Positions 16,501 through 24,840 of a stretch of DNA of 64,000 bases are shown piece after piece; position 1 is the stretch's first letter, and every line of letters starts with the position of its first letter. The DNA comes from an uncultured delta proteobacterium. Its GTDB lineage: Bacteria; Desulfobacterota; Binatia; Binatales; Binataceae. Location: positions 1,096,606 to 1,160,605 of the forward strand of contig CAVRVY010000004.1 in NCBI GenBank assembly GCA_963724765.1. Direction: 5' to 3'. The notes below the pieces were generated by a model, which was given only the letters and a program-made list of their open reading frames with translations, made no database searches and was not told the DNA's origin. The position numbers and the translations under genes are program-made.

Positions 16501-17663
16501 GCGGACAGGTCAACTACACCGACAACTTCATCAAGCCCAACTATTCGGCCGACCTCAGCCAAATGAGTGGGAAGGTAGGAACGTTCGGCACCAGCTCGAC
16601 GACACCGGCCGACGTCGAACTCGACGGACAGGTTAACGGCAACGCGCCGCTGACAATCAGCGGATCGGTCAATCCGCTCACCCCGTTGGCGTTCGTCGAC
16701 ATCAAGGCCAAGGCCGAGAACGTGGAGTTGACCGACCTCTCGGCCTACTCGACCAAATATACCGGCTACCCGATAACCAAGGGCACGCTGACGGTCGACG
16801 TGCATTACCTGCTCGACCAGCAAAAGCTCACCGCCGAGAACCACATCTTCATCGACCAACTGACCTTTGGCGACAAGGTGGAAAGTCCCAACGCGCTCAA
16901 TCTGCCGATCCGCCTCGCGGTCGCGCTGCTCAAGAACTCCCAGGGCCAGATCGATCTGCATCTTCCGGTGTCCGGCTCGCTGTCCGATCCGCAATTCAGC
17001 GTCGGCGGGATCGTGCTGCACGCGATCGTGGGCCTGATCATGCGGGCGGTGACTTCGCCCTTCAGCCTGATCGCGGCGGCCGTCGGCGGCAGCAGCGGGA
17101 ACGGCGAGGATCTGAACTACGTCGTGTTCTCACCCGGCTGGGCAAGCATAACCCCGGCCGCCAGGAGCAAGCTCGACACGGTCGCCAAGGCCTTGCAAGC
17201 CCGGCCCGCGCTGACGCTTGACATCTGCGGACGGGTCGATCCGAAGTTCGATCGCGCGGGCCTGCCTGAGGCGCTGGTCGCGCAAAGCGTCGCCAAGCAG
17301 AAGTTGCTGGACAACGACCAGAATCCGGCCGAGGTGGACCTGGAGACCGTCCAGATCACGCCGGATGAGTACAACAAGTACTTAAAGCGCGCCTACAAGG
17401 CGGCGAACTTCGACAAGCCTCGCGATCTCCTCGGGCTTAACAAATCGCTACCGCCCGACGAGATGAAAAAACTGATGATCGCCAACACCAAGGTCACCGA
17501 CGCCGACCTCAAGCAGCTTGCCGAAGCTCGCGCCAAGGCGGTTCGCAAGGCGCTCAGCGCGAAGATCGCACCGGCGCGGCTGGTCGTGGCCGCGCCCAAG
17601 CTCAACGCCGACGGCATCAAGGATAGCGGCAAGACCACGCGCGCCGATCTTTCACTCCAGTGA
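13560..17663 (+). CDS. Giant envelope protein, DUF748/AsmA-like
   Basis: A single 1367-aa ORF with an N-terminal TM helix. The segment KYTGYPITKGTLTVDVHYLLDQQKLTAENHIFIDQLTFG resembles the DUF748 signature (from memory). It has three Ala/Pro-rich low-complexity linkers. Confidence 0.7.
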   Translation: MIDKLKAGAQRTWAQTLGRGGFGGRRWMRRTCITIIVVVVLFGLVGFVGVPLVAQYVVAGRLAASLHRPVSMKRVRFNPYRLRLSIKNLHIGDRAASDPFVDIGHILVKVSWTSLFRLAPVVGEVAVDRPAIHIVRTAEQRFNFSDLLESSPTPTPSTPAKPQRFAVSNIQIHEGQVHFDDKVLNEQHTLEHLELDVPFIANLPADVNIFVQPLLQMVVDGSPLRIAGKAKPFAVPPESVIDLNLHRLSLPLYVGYAPEKLPLKIPQGTLSSQLQVHFVNAASAPKIRVGGELALDQLDVRDAANAPLAGFKHMSVVLKEIEPLESITHLGKIYLDGLTVHVVRNPDGTINLASLAASKPAPAAAAARATPGPAAASLAAAKPSATLNPTAAKMAAAATTPAASPTPAANIAQLTANAPPAAAQRPQPAATAKPSAHADFSMDVLELTNGAVEITDNSAAPPAALALRGLHVGLKDLRTVGQKAPAPFELGTTLGGGGSIAVKGALDLAHSQATTDITLDAIDIPALQGFAEPFMAATVASGKLTAHANVQTLFATGRFNIHAAPASISFDKFELRAQHESVNPIGWNKLSASIGQVDLATHQATVTEVRSDGLHVFVRRERNGQLSLASLMRRAASPEAAPAAVAPPARGRAAARQQQKTTAEKKPATREQRAAAARERRRTGRSSKTAARAPAAAPTPSPGQWRYQVASVAIEKTEIRVEDDMMPRKVAMAVVPLNLHLKNVSNDLAKPITVDLDGILNRKGSFKVTGTAAPTPLKLNLRVVTRRLDLAPFDPYFTSHLNTKIASAALTMNGAVGVSNERKVMRVSYRGDAALGSVKMLDKVTNDSFLRWNSFSANGINFSLGSGPPKVHVASLDLGNFYARVILNADGRLNLRDVTANPEAARTSLTRAHGAPGATAPAPALAPAPSATPTPSPSLSPATASNEAGATAPTAGASPAAAPSPAPLPADLRIGRITLHGGQVNYTDNFIKPNYSADLSQMSGKVGTFGTSSTTPADVELDGQVNGNAPLTISGSVNPLTPLAFVDIKAKAENVELTDLSAYSTKYTGYPITKGTLTVDVHYLLDQQKLTAENHIFIDQLTFGDKVESPNALNLPIRLAVALLKNSQGQIDLHLPVSGSLSDPQFSVGGIVLHAIVGLIMRAVTSPFSLIAAAVGGSSGNGEDLNYVVFSPGWASITPAARSKLDTVAKALQARPALTLDICGRVDPKFDRAGLPEALVAQSVAKQKLLDNDQNPAEVDLETVQITPDEYNKYLKRAYKAANFDKPRDLLGLNKSLPPDEMKKLMIANTKVTDADLKQLAEARAKAVRKALSAKIAPARLVVAAPKLNADGIKDSGKTTRADLSLQ

Positions 17664-17755
17664 GCGAGCGAAACACATCGCAACGTGGCGGCATAGATTG
17701 CGGGACTATAGCCGGATGGCGATCTGAATAACGAGAGCGATTGAACTGCGGCGCA

Positions 17756-18154
17756 TCACCCGCTGTTCGTTTCAGCCTGTGCGGTTGGACTTTTCATTCC
17801 CGTACGGGCGACCAGAGCGCAGATGAGGGCAACGACACCGGCGATAGCGAAACACTCCCACCATTGCAGCCATATATGGAGCAACAGGATAAGAGCCGCC
17901 AATAAACAGGCGCCCGCGATAACTCCCGCGCAGACCATCACCAGCCCAGCGATCGCGCGGTCGGCCATCGCCACCAGGGCCGGAGCAATCCTGGCCTCCA
18001 CTAGCTGGAGTTCCAGTTGTATGACGCGCGAGAGGTCCTCAAGCATCCGTCCCAGCAGCGTCGTCCATTCCGCCGCCGTAGCGGAGCCATTAGCGGCCGT
18101 ACTACGTTGATATTGTCGTGTCGCGGTTCCGGGATCCATCGTTCCATACCTCAC
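17756..18154 (-). CDS. Phage-holin-family / YqjE-like (DUF1469) membrane protein
   Basis: LLGRMLEDLSRVIQLELQLVEARI is followed by two hydrophobic helices, the typical layout of this family. The start is uncertain because it overlaps the upstream ORF. Confidence 0.6.
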   Translation of the reverse strand: MRYGTMDPGTATRQYQRSTAANGSATAAEWTTLLGRMLEDLSRVIQLELQLVEARIAPALVAMADRAIAGLVMVCAGVIAGACLLAALILLLHIWLQWWECFAIAGVVALICALVARTGMKSPTAQAETNSG

Positions 18155-18401
18155 TCAGCGCCGCTCCGAGCAGTCCGCCCAGGATCAGGATTGTCAGCGG
18201 TCCATTGCCGCGATTGCCCGCCGCGAAACCGAGCGCGCCGGCGATGCATGTCGACAACAATGGGTGGCACTCCACCAGATACACTGGCTGAAGCTGCGTA
18301 CTGACGGTTTCAACCTTCCGATTGACCTCAGTTACGGTTTGATGGAGATTTTGCCGCGCCTCTTCCAGTTCGTCTTTGATCCGATCGATGTTGTCTTCCA
18401 T
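18102..18401 (-). CDS. Hypothetical coiled-coil protein with a Gly-rich C-terminal membrane segment
   Basis: MEDNIDRIKDELEEARQNLHQTVTEVNRKVE is followed by a hydrophobic Gly-rich tail. It overlaps both neighbouring ORFs. Confidence 0.4.
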   Translation of the reverse strand: MEDNIDRIKDELEEARQNLHQTVTEVNRKVETVSTQLQPVYLVECHPLLSTCIAGALGFAAGNRGNGPLTILILGGLLGAALSEVWNDGSRNRDTTIST

Positions 18402-18624
18402 TTTGTTCAGATAGAGCCTCGATCGCGTTCACTACCGCCGTACCGGCGAAACTCCGTCCGATAAACAGTCCCAGTGCGAGGCCCAGGCGGCTGCGTAATC
18501 CGCCGCCGAACAAAAACCCAGCCCCCGCAGAGAGCGTCAGGGCGCGCAACGGCCGCCGCCGGACGCTCGATGCCAGCCGCTCGAGTTCGCTCGAAGTGGG
18601 TTCCGATCTAGCTGTTGAACTCAT
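18328..18624 (-). CDS. Hypothetical Gly-rich membrane protein (3' part doubtful)
   Basis: Contains a hydrophobic Gly-rich segment, LTLSAGAGFLFGGGL...LGLFIG. The last 25 or so residues are Arg-rich and overlap the next ORF out of frame. Confidence 0.3.
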   Translation of the reverse strand: MSSTARSEPTSSELERLASSVRRRPLRALTLSAGAGFLFGGGLRSRLGLALGLFIGRSFAGTAVVNAIEALSEQNGRQHRSDQRRTGRGAAKSPSNRN

Positions 18625-18640
18625 CTCGCATGGCCCGCGG

Positions 18641-18886
18641 CTATAAGGAAATCTGTCTTAGGGCTTTCGCCGCGACGTAACCGATTACAAATGCTCCCGC
18701 CAACGCGAGCCAGGGCTGGCGTTGAACGAACTCGGCCATGCCATCCGACACCTCGCCCGCGTAATCCATTCCTTTGGATACATACTCGCGTGCATTCTCG
18801 TATCCCTCGCGCCCCATATCTTTGGCGGCGTCCATAGTATCGTTCATAGCTGAAGCGGCTTCCTTGGTTAGGTTGTCCTTGTCCAT
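18641..18886 (-). CDS. DUF883 (YqjD/ElaB-like) tail-anchored stress protein
   Basis: GAGGAG RBS. The polar N-terminal part (MDKDNLTKEAASAMNDTMDAAKDMGREGYENAREY) is followed by a C-terminal anchor, QPWLALAGAFVIGYVAAKAL. Confidence 0.7.
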   Translation of the reverse strand: MDKDNLTKEAASAMNDTMDAAKDMGREGYENAREYVSKGMDYAGEVSDGMAEFVQRQPWLALAGAFVIGYVAAKALRQISL

Positions 18887-19042
18887 TTTTGATCTTCTCC
18901 TCAACTTTCACGAAGGGTCGGATGCTTTTCGGCTGTCATCCACCCCGGTTTGCTGACTGTTTTGTGTTCGCACCACGAGTCGAGGCCACCGAAATTCGTT
19001 CGCGTAGGCGGCTTCAAGCTCGCGCAGACGGCTTCAAGATGG

Positions 19043-19201
19043 TCAAACGGGCCTTCGCATTACCATGCTCACGATAAACAGGATGATGAAGATTACGAAG
19101 AGGATTCTCGCCATATCCGACGCGGTTCCGGCGATGCCACCGAATCCGAGCACGCCAGCAACGATTGCAATCACGAGACAAACAATTGCCCAATACAACA
19201 T
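19043..19201 (-). CDS. DUF1328 (UPF0391) small membrane protein, 52 aa; below the ORF-track cutoff
   Basis: My own translation of the minus strand gives [52 protein letters not shown], preceded by GGAGGAAAG. The GFGGIAG core is characteristic of the family. Confidence 0.75.
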   Translation of the reverse strand: MLYWAIVCLVIAIVAGVLGFGGIAGTASDMARILFVIFIILFIVSMVMRRPV

Positions 19202-19528
19202 GTTTCTCTTTCCTCCAGCTTGTTGGCCTCAAGTGAGAAAAAGAGGCCATGCCGCCGCGAGTGAATCTCACTCGGCCGGCCGGGTTTATCCAGCCTGCTT
19301 GCGGGTACGCCTGACCGTGGAGCAAGGCATGTGCCGGTGCGGGATCTGAAGCTTAACTTCGCGGCAACCAGCTACCGAAACCAAACCAGCACAAGAGTTT
19401 TCTCGATGCTGGCAGGCGTTTTTGTCAACTGCTCGTCCGGGCCCCAGTGGAGTCCCTTTTTTGCCGGAGATGAACAAATTGCAAACCGTCCTTGCAACGC
19501 AATATCAGTTTTTCAGCGCTTTCCTGGA

Positions 19529-19544
19529 TGGCCTTCGTCTTGCT
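19529..19544 (+). promoter_or_regulatory. Possible sigma-54 promoter upstream of the BON gene
   Basis: TGGCCT-N5-TTGCT with correct GG-N10-GC spacing, 107 nt before the ATG at 19651. The -24 box is weaker than the one at 744. Confidence 0.3.
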
Positions 19545-19650
19545 GAGTTCTTTGGACATAGCGGCGTGGCCGCATACTAATTTCAGATCTCCCAGCTCTG
19601 GGGGATATGAAGCACGAGGCGAGATAATCGTTAGATTCGAAGGAGGTCGT

Positions 19651-20079
19651 ATGAAAAAAGCATTTGGGTTGAATTTTGCGTTGATGATTGTGGCGGCGCT
19701 GGTGCTGGGGATGGTTGTGATTGCCCCGGTTTTTGCACAGGAAGACAATGGATCCACCAGTCAATCGATGCATCGGGCGGGAGACTCTGCTGAAAACGCG
19801 GCATCGGATACAGGCCAGGCGGTTAAGCACGCGTATCACGGTACGGTGACTGCGGTGTCGGATACCACGATCACCGCGAAGGTCAAAACTGCCTTGCATG
19901 AAAACAAGATCACCAAGGGCGCTGACATTCACGTCACGACGGTTGCAGGCGTCGTAACGCTCAAGGGCTCGGTGCCGGCCGCCGACACTTCGAAAACCGC
20001 GCAAGATGTCGCGCGACAGACCAGTGGTGTCAAAGAGGTGAGGAACGAGTTGGTGATGGCGCCCACGGCAACGCGATAG
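19651..20079 (+). CDS. BON-domain (OsmY-like) periplasmic protein
   Basis: AGGAGG RBS, a signal peptide, and the BON motif ITAKVKTALHENKITKGADIHVTTVAGVVTLKGSVP...VKEVRNEL. Confidence 0.85.
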   Translation: MKKAFGLNFALMIVAALVLGMVVIAPVFAQEDNGSTSQSMHRAGDSAENAASDTGQAVKHAYHGTVTAVSDTTITAKVKTALHENKITKGADIHVTTVAGVVTLKGSVPAADTSKTAQDVARQTSGVKEVRNELVMAPTATR

Positions 20080-20112
20080 CGGAAGAGAAAAATCGCGATC
20101 TCATTTTGTCTT

Positions 20113-20156
20113 GGCGGGTATGAGCCTTGGTCGGCTCGTACCCGCCATTGTTTTTG
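20113..20156 (+). terminator. Rho-independent terminator
   Basis: A 14-bp stem (GGCGGGTATGAGCC, loop ttggtc, GGCTCGTACCCGCC, with one G-U pair) is followed by ATTGTTTTTG. Confidence 0.7.
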
Positions 20157-20591
20157 TAATATTTAGCTTCAGCATTCCATTAACCTCAACATTCCATCGA
20201 GTAGACGCCAAGCAGTAACAAGCCTCATCAGCAATTAACCATCGGCTGAAGATGCATCTGGGATCAGCAGGATGTGCAGGCAGACTTCACTAAACGTCTA
20301 GAAAGCGACGTGAATGGCTTCCGCCACTGGAGGCGAAGTTCAGATATCGGCGCGCGAGATGTTCCACTTCGGCCGCAGAAATTACTGCGGCCGTGGCTTG
20401 GTTTATGCGCAAAGAGTCTGAGGATTTTCCGATCTGACTCGACGGGAAATTGTTACTCCAAGTACCAGTAACGTTTACCGAACAGTTCGTCACCAATCAC
20501 GGAAAACATTGGCGATTCCGTGCAATACGCAGCGGCATGAGCTTTGCCTTCCGTAAACCACGACCGCCGCGAATGGGACAAAAAGAGCGCC

Positions 20592-21431
20592 ATGAAGAAA
20601 TCACGACTTATTTGCTGCAACGCCGACACGCCGCGTGACAACGCGCGGCCTCAGCATGGATCACGCTCAACGCTGGGGCTGCTGAAGGTATCGCTCGGCG
20701 CCGCGCTGTGCGCTCTCGCGCTTTACGGATGCTCCGCATCAGCCTCGTCCTCTTCGCGCGGGGACACTGCGGCGGTCGCTCAACCTCAAGCCCCGAACCT
20801 ATCGCCGGAGCAGTGCCTCAATGGGTCCGTAATTCAAACGTCGAACGATCAGCAAAACTATCACATACAGCCCGGCGATCAGTTGGCGATCAACTTCTAT
20901 TTAAATCCCGAATTCAACGATCAGGTCCCGGTGAATCCCGATGGCAAGATAACCATGCGTCTGATCGGGGCGATAGATGCTGCCGGGATGACGCCGTCCG
21001 AACTGGCCGGCCAAATCGACAAGGACTACCTGAGCGAGCTGCGTTCGCCCGACGCCGCGGTCATCGTGAAGAACATGCCCGGTCGCCAGATCTATGTCCA
21101 AGGTCAAGTCAATCGTCCAGGCGCATTTCCCCTGGCGCCAGGGATGACCGCATTGCAAGCGCTGGCGGACGCCGGCGGGGTCACGCCCGACGCTGCCGAC
21201 AACAACGTGGTGCTAATCCGGCGTGACGCGTGCGGCCGTCCCACGGGTGAAAAGCTCGACTTGGCCAGCGCGGCTGACAATCCGGGCAAGGGTGAGGACG
21301 CGGCGCTGATGCCCTACGACGTGCTGGTGGTGCCGCGCAGCCGTATCGCGAATATGGATCTGTTCGTAAAGCAATACATTCGTGACCTGCTGCCAGTCCA
21401 ACCTTATCTGTCGATGACCCCCGGGCTGTAA
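20592..21431 (+). CDS. Polysaccharide export protein (Wza/EpsA-like, Poly_export plus SLBB)
   Basis: Lipobox-like ALYGC. YHIQPGDQLAINF...VNPDGKITMRLIGAIDAAGMTPSELA and IYVQGQVNRPGAFPLAPGMTALQALADAGG match the family. The ORF is open from 20544. Confidence 0.85.
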   Translation: MKKSRLICCNADTPRDNARPQHGSRSTLGLLKVSLGAALCALALYGCSASASSSSRGDTAAVAQPQAPNLSPEQCLNGSVIQTSNDQQNYHIQPGDQLAINFYLNPEFNDQVPVNPDGKITMRLIGAIDAAGMTPSELAGQIDKDYLSELRSPDAAVIVKNMPGRQIYVQGQVNRPGAFPLAPGMTALQALADAGGVTPDAADNNVVLIRRDACGRPTGEKLDLASAADNPGKGEDAALMPYDVLVVPRSRIANMDLFVKQYIRDLLPVQPYLSMTPGL

Positions 21432-21458
21432 CCCGGTTCGCGGAGGATTCGGACCACC

Positions 21459-22973
21459 ATGATACTGCGCGATTTGAATTATTGGACGGAATTGCTATTC
21501 CGGCGAAAAAACGCCTTCCTCGAAACTGCGGGGATCATCTTCGGATTAGTGCTGCTCGGCACGCTGCTGTGGCCGCCGCTGTACGAGTCCAGCGCCAAGA
21601 TTTTCGTCCAGAACAACCGCGCACAGTTGCTGGTCTCGCCGGATCTTCAAAGTGAGTCCTCGCAAAATCCGGGGATCGTCGCCAACCCGGTCAGCGAGCA
21701 GGATCTAAATTCGGAAGTCGAATTGCTGACCAGCATTCACCTGGTCAAGCTGGCCATCGCAGGTCTCCCACTGCCGCACGATACCGCGGGTAGCGGGCTG
21801 CTGCAGGACACGGTGGGTCTCGCGCTGCAGATCCCAAGCAGCGGTTATCGGCTGCTGCACGATTCGCCGTCGCCTAGTGCGCGCGACCAATGGGCGCTCA
21901 AGCTCGCGCACCACGTGGGCGTCTCGGTGATCAAGCGCTCCAACATCATCGAGGTTGATTTCAGCGCCCATGACTCGCGCTGGGCGCACGACTTCCTGTC
22001 GCGGTTGATTACTCAGTATCAGGCGTATCATGCGGGGCTCTCGAACGACCCTGAAGCGGAACAGTTCTTCGATCAGCAGGCCAAGCAGCTTAACGGCCGG
22101 CTCAATGTGTCGGAGGACAAGCTGCGCGAATTCCAGATCCAGACCGGAATAACCAGTCTCAGCGATCAGAAGCAGGCGCTGGTGACGCGGCTGTCTGATC
22201 TGCAGCTCCAGAACGCGAAGAATTCCTCCGACCTGGCTTCGGCGCAGCAGCAGGTCGCCTCACTCAGCCAGGAACTCCAGGCGACGCCGCAGCAGATCAG
22301 CAAGGAAACACGGTCGGTACAAAACATGGCGCTGCAGGCGATCAAACCCCAAGTGATGCAGCTTGAGGCCGAGCGCGCCGAACTTCTCAGCCGCTACCAG
22401 CCAACCAGCAAGCGGATAACCGAGATCGACGCCAAACTCGCGGCGGCTCATCGGATCCTCGACCGTGAGAACCACCTCGAGATCCAGGAGTCCAGCACCG
22501 ATCTCAATCCGGTCTGGGTGACTCTCGAGCAGAGCTTGAAACAGGCCGAAGCGAACGCCGCCTCCCTGAAGGCGAGCCACGAGGTGCTCGATACGCAGGT
22601 CGAAGCGATGCGCCAGCAGCTTACCGACATGGTCAACAACGGGCTGTCAATCGAGCGGCTGTCGCGCCAGGTTGAGAGCGATAAGGACGCTTATCTCGCG
22701 TACGTGCGCAAGGGTGAAGAAGCGCGCGCGGCGCAAGGCCTCAACCTCAACAAAATCCTGAACGTCAGCCTGGCACAGGCGCCGACCCAGCCCCTGTCGC
22801 CGTTCTTCCCGGTCATCTGGCTGAATCTCCTGGCCGGCGCCGTGCTGGCCGCCGGCGCGGGCTTCGCGGCCGCATATTGGGAAGAGCAACGCGACCCCAG
22901 AATTTATTCGGCCGCTGCTGTCGAGGAAGCGAGCGGTATGACCACCATCGCTATCCTTCGCAACGAGGCGTAA
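21459..22973 (+). CDS. Polysaccharide chain-length determinant (Wzz/GumC-type PCP without kinase domain)
   Basis: An N-terminal TM helix is followed by YESSAKIFVQ, a long coiled-coil periplasmic region and a C-terminal TM helix. Confidence 0.8.
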   Translation: MILRDLNYWTELLFRRKNAFLETAGIIFGLVLLGTLLWPPLYESSAKIFVQNNRAQLLVSPDLQSESSQNPGIVANPVSEQDLNSEVELLTSIHLVKLAIAGLPLPHDTAGSGLLQDTVGLALQIPSSGYRLLHDSPSPSARDQWALKLAHHVGVSVIKRSNIIEVDFSAHDSRWAHDFLSRLITQYQAYHAGLSNDPEAEQFFDQQAKQLNGRLNVSEDKLREFQIQTGITSLSDQKQALVTRLSDLQLQNAKNSSDLASAQQQVASLSQELQATPQQISKETRSVQNMALQAIKPQVMQLEAERAELLSRYQPTSKRITEIDAKLAAAHRILDRENHLEIQESSTDLNPVWVTLEQSLKQAEANAASLKASHEVLDTQVEAMRQQLTDMVNNGLSIERLSRQVESDKDAYLAYVRKGEEARAAQGLNLNKILNVSLAQAPTQPLSPFFPVIWLNLLAGAVLAAGAGFAAAYWEEQRDPRIYSAAAVEEASGMTTIAILRNEA

Positions 22974-22981
22974 CCCCCGCC

Positions 22982-24088
22982 ATGTATCACCAGCACTTCA
23001 GGCTTAGCGGTCCGCCATTCCAGTTCACGCCTACGCCGGGCGCGCTCTACCTGGGCAAAACCCATCGCGAAGGGCTGGCCGCGCTGGAATGGAGCCTGCT
23101 GCATGAGCCGACCGGGTTCACCTTGCTGGTGGGCGAGAGCGGAATCGGCAAGACCACGCTGGTGTGCTCGATCCTGGCCCAATGCTACCCCAACGTTCGC
23201 AGCGCATACGTCACCAGCCCCAAGCTGAACTTCGATCAGATGATGCAGATGATTATGTCGCAATTCCTGCAGGCGACGGGCGGTCAGACCAAGCTCCAGT
23301 TGATCGAGAGCTTCACGCGGCTGCTCGAGGAAGTCGGGCCAGGTCAGCGTCTCACCATCGTCCTCGACGAAGCCCAGGAACTTGCCGACGAGACGCTGGA
23401 AGAATTCAGGCTGCTCTCGAACCTCGACACGGCGGCAGAGCGGCGGTTGCAGCTCATCTTCGTGGGGCAGCCGGAGCTGATAGAGCGTCTGACAAGTTCC
23501 CGCATGCTCAGTCTGAACCAGCGAATCGGCGCGCGCGTGTTGCTCAAACCGCTGCAGGCGGCCGAAGTGCGCGAATATATCGATTGCCGGCTGCGCACCA
23601 GGGGCGGTGCAGCGAACAAGATATTCGCCTCGGCCGCGCTCGATCATCTGGTGCGGCACAGCCGCGGAATCCCGCGGCGGATAAACATTCTGTGTCACAA
23701 CTCGATGCTGCTGGGGTTTGCGGCCGGGCGCGCAAAGGTCAGCCTGACGATGGCCAGGACCGCCGTCAACGAATTCGAAAACCTGCTCGGCACCAAATCG
23801 GCATCGCACGATCAAGCGGCGCTCGCGCCGCGCGCGATGCGCCACTTCGTCGCAAGGACGGCGCTGGCGGTGGCCGCGCTGGTATTGGTTGCGCTCGGCG
23901 TCCTTTACGTCTGGTCATCCCAGGCCTGGTTCGGCATAAGTCCGACGCACGCGAGCCTGAGTGGAAAAGCTCTCCGGCCCGTGACGGCTCCCGCGACCAT
24001 GCCGGACCCGGAGGTTTTGTCAGGGTCGCTACTGCCGGCGCTGGTGGCTGCCACCAGCAGCCGCTATTCCGCCGGTGCCCAATCATGA
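22982..24088 (+). CDS. ExeA-like AAA ATPase (PEP-CTERM-locus secretion-ATPase-like)
   Basis: MYHQHFRLSGPPF, Walker A LLVGESGIGKTTL, Walker B IVLDEAQEL, and a C-terminal TM segment. Confidence 0.8.
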   Translation: MYHQHFRLSGPPFQFTPTPGALYLGKTHREGLAALEWSLLHEPTGFTLLVGESGIGKTTLVCSILAQCYPNVRSAYVTSPKLNFDQMMQMIMSQFLQATGGQTKLQLIESFTRLLEEVGPGQRLTIVLDEAQELADETLEEFRLLSNLDTAAERRLQLIFVGQPELIERLTSSRMLSLNQRIGARVLLKPLQAAEVREYIDCRLRTRGGAANKIFASAALDHLVRHSRGIPRRINILCHNSMLLGFAAGRAKVSLTMARTAVNEFENLLGTKSASHDQAALAPRAMRHFVARTALAVAALVLVALGVLYVWSSQAWFGISPTHASLSGKALRPVTAPATMPDPEVLSGSLLPALVAATSSRYSAGAQS

Positions 24089-24840
24089 GCAAATACTACG
24101 AAGCGATAACTCGCCCGCAACAGCCGCGCCAGGTCGACGACCAGCATCGCGTGGATACTTCCGTATTCGCCGGCAACAACGCGGCGGCGCACTCGCTGGT
24201 TCCGCTTCCGATCCTCGAGCACGTTCCGGCCGCGGTGGCGCGCGCGAGCGCGATCCGCAATCTCACCGAGCGTCTGGCGCCCCTGGCGGTGGTCTCAAGG
24301 TCCACCCGCCTGGCGGTGACCGGATGTCGTCCGGGCGACGGCGCGTCGACGGTGGCGACGGCGATTGCCATCGACATCAGCCAGCGCCTGGGCCTGCGCA
24401 CGATGCTGGTCGACGCCCACCTGCGGCATCCGACGCTTCATCGCCTATTCCAGCATCCCGGCCGGCGAACGCCCGAGCTGGTGCTCGATGGCGCGTTGCA
24501 GATCCGCGCCACCGAATGGCCCCGGCTGGAGCTGGTTACCTGCTGCCTGTCGAGTCCCGATTCGCAACGGCAGTTGTTCGATGAATTCGAAACGCTGTTC
24601 AGCGGGTATTCGGCCGTGATCGTCGATCTCGGCGTGACCCGGCTCGACGCGCGAATGCTGCCGCTGGCCAGGCCCGAAGATCCGATTGTCATGGTCGTGC
24701 GTCAGGGCCATACGGAGCGGCGCGAACTGGCCACGACCGCCAGCGCCTTGCGCGCGGCGAACCGTTCTCTGGCCGGCGTGATTCTTAACGATGCAGCCGA
24801 TCCGGTTGCGAAACCACTACGGAGACTGTTGGGAACATGA
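24085..24840 (+). CDS. BY-kinase/CpsD-like P-loop protein with a degenerate Walker A
   Basis: The ATGA start/stop overlaps the upstream gene. TGCRPGDGASTVATAIA stands where the family has PGEGKST/T (Lys replaced by Ala). MLVDAHLRHPTLH matches Walker A'. VIVDLG matches Walker B. There is no C-terminal Tyr cluster. Confidence 0.65.
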   Translation: MSKYYEAITRPQQPRQVDDQHRVDTSVFAGNNAAAHSLVPLPILEHVPAAVARASAIRNLTERLAPLAVVSRSTRLAVTGCRPGDGASTVATAIAIDISQRLGLRTMLVDAHLRHPTLHRLFQHPGRRTPELVLDGALQIRATEWPRLELVTCCLSSPDSQRQLFDEFETLFSGYSAVIVDLGVTRLDARMLPLARPEDPIVMVVRQGHTERRELATTASALRAANRSLAGVILNDAADPVAKPLRRLLGT

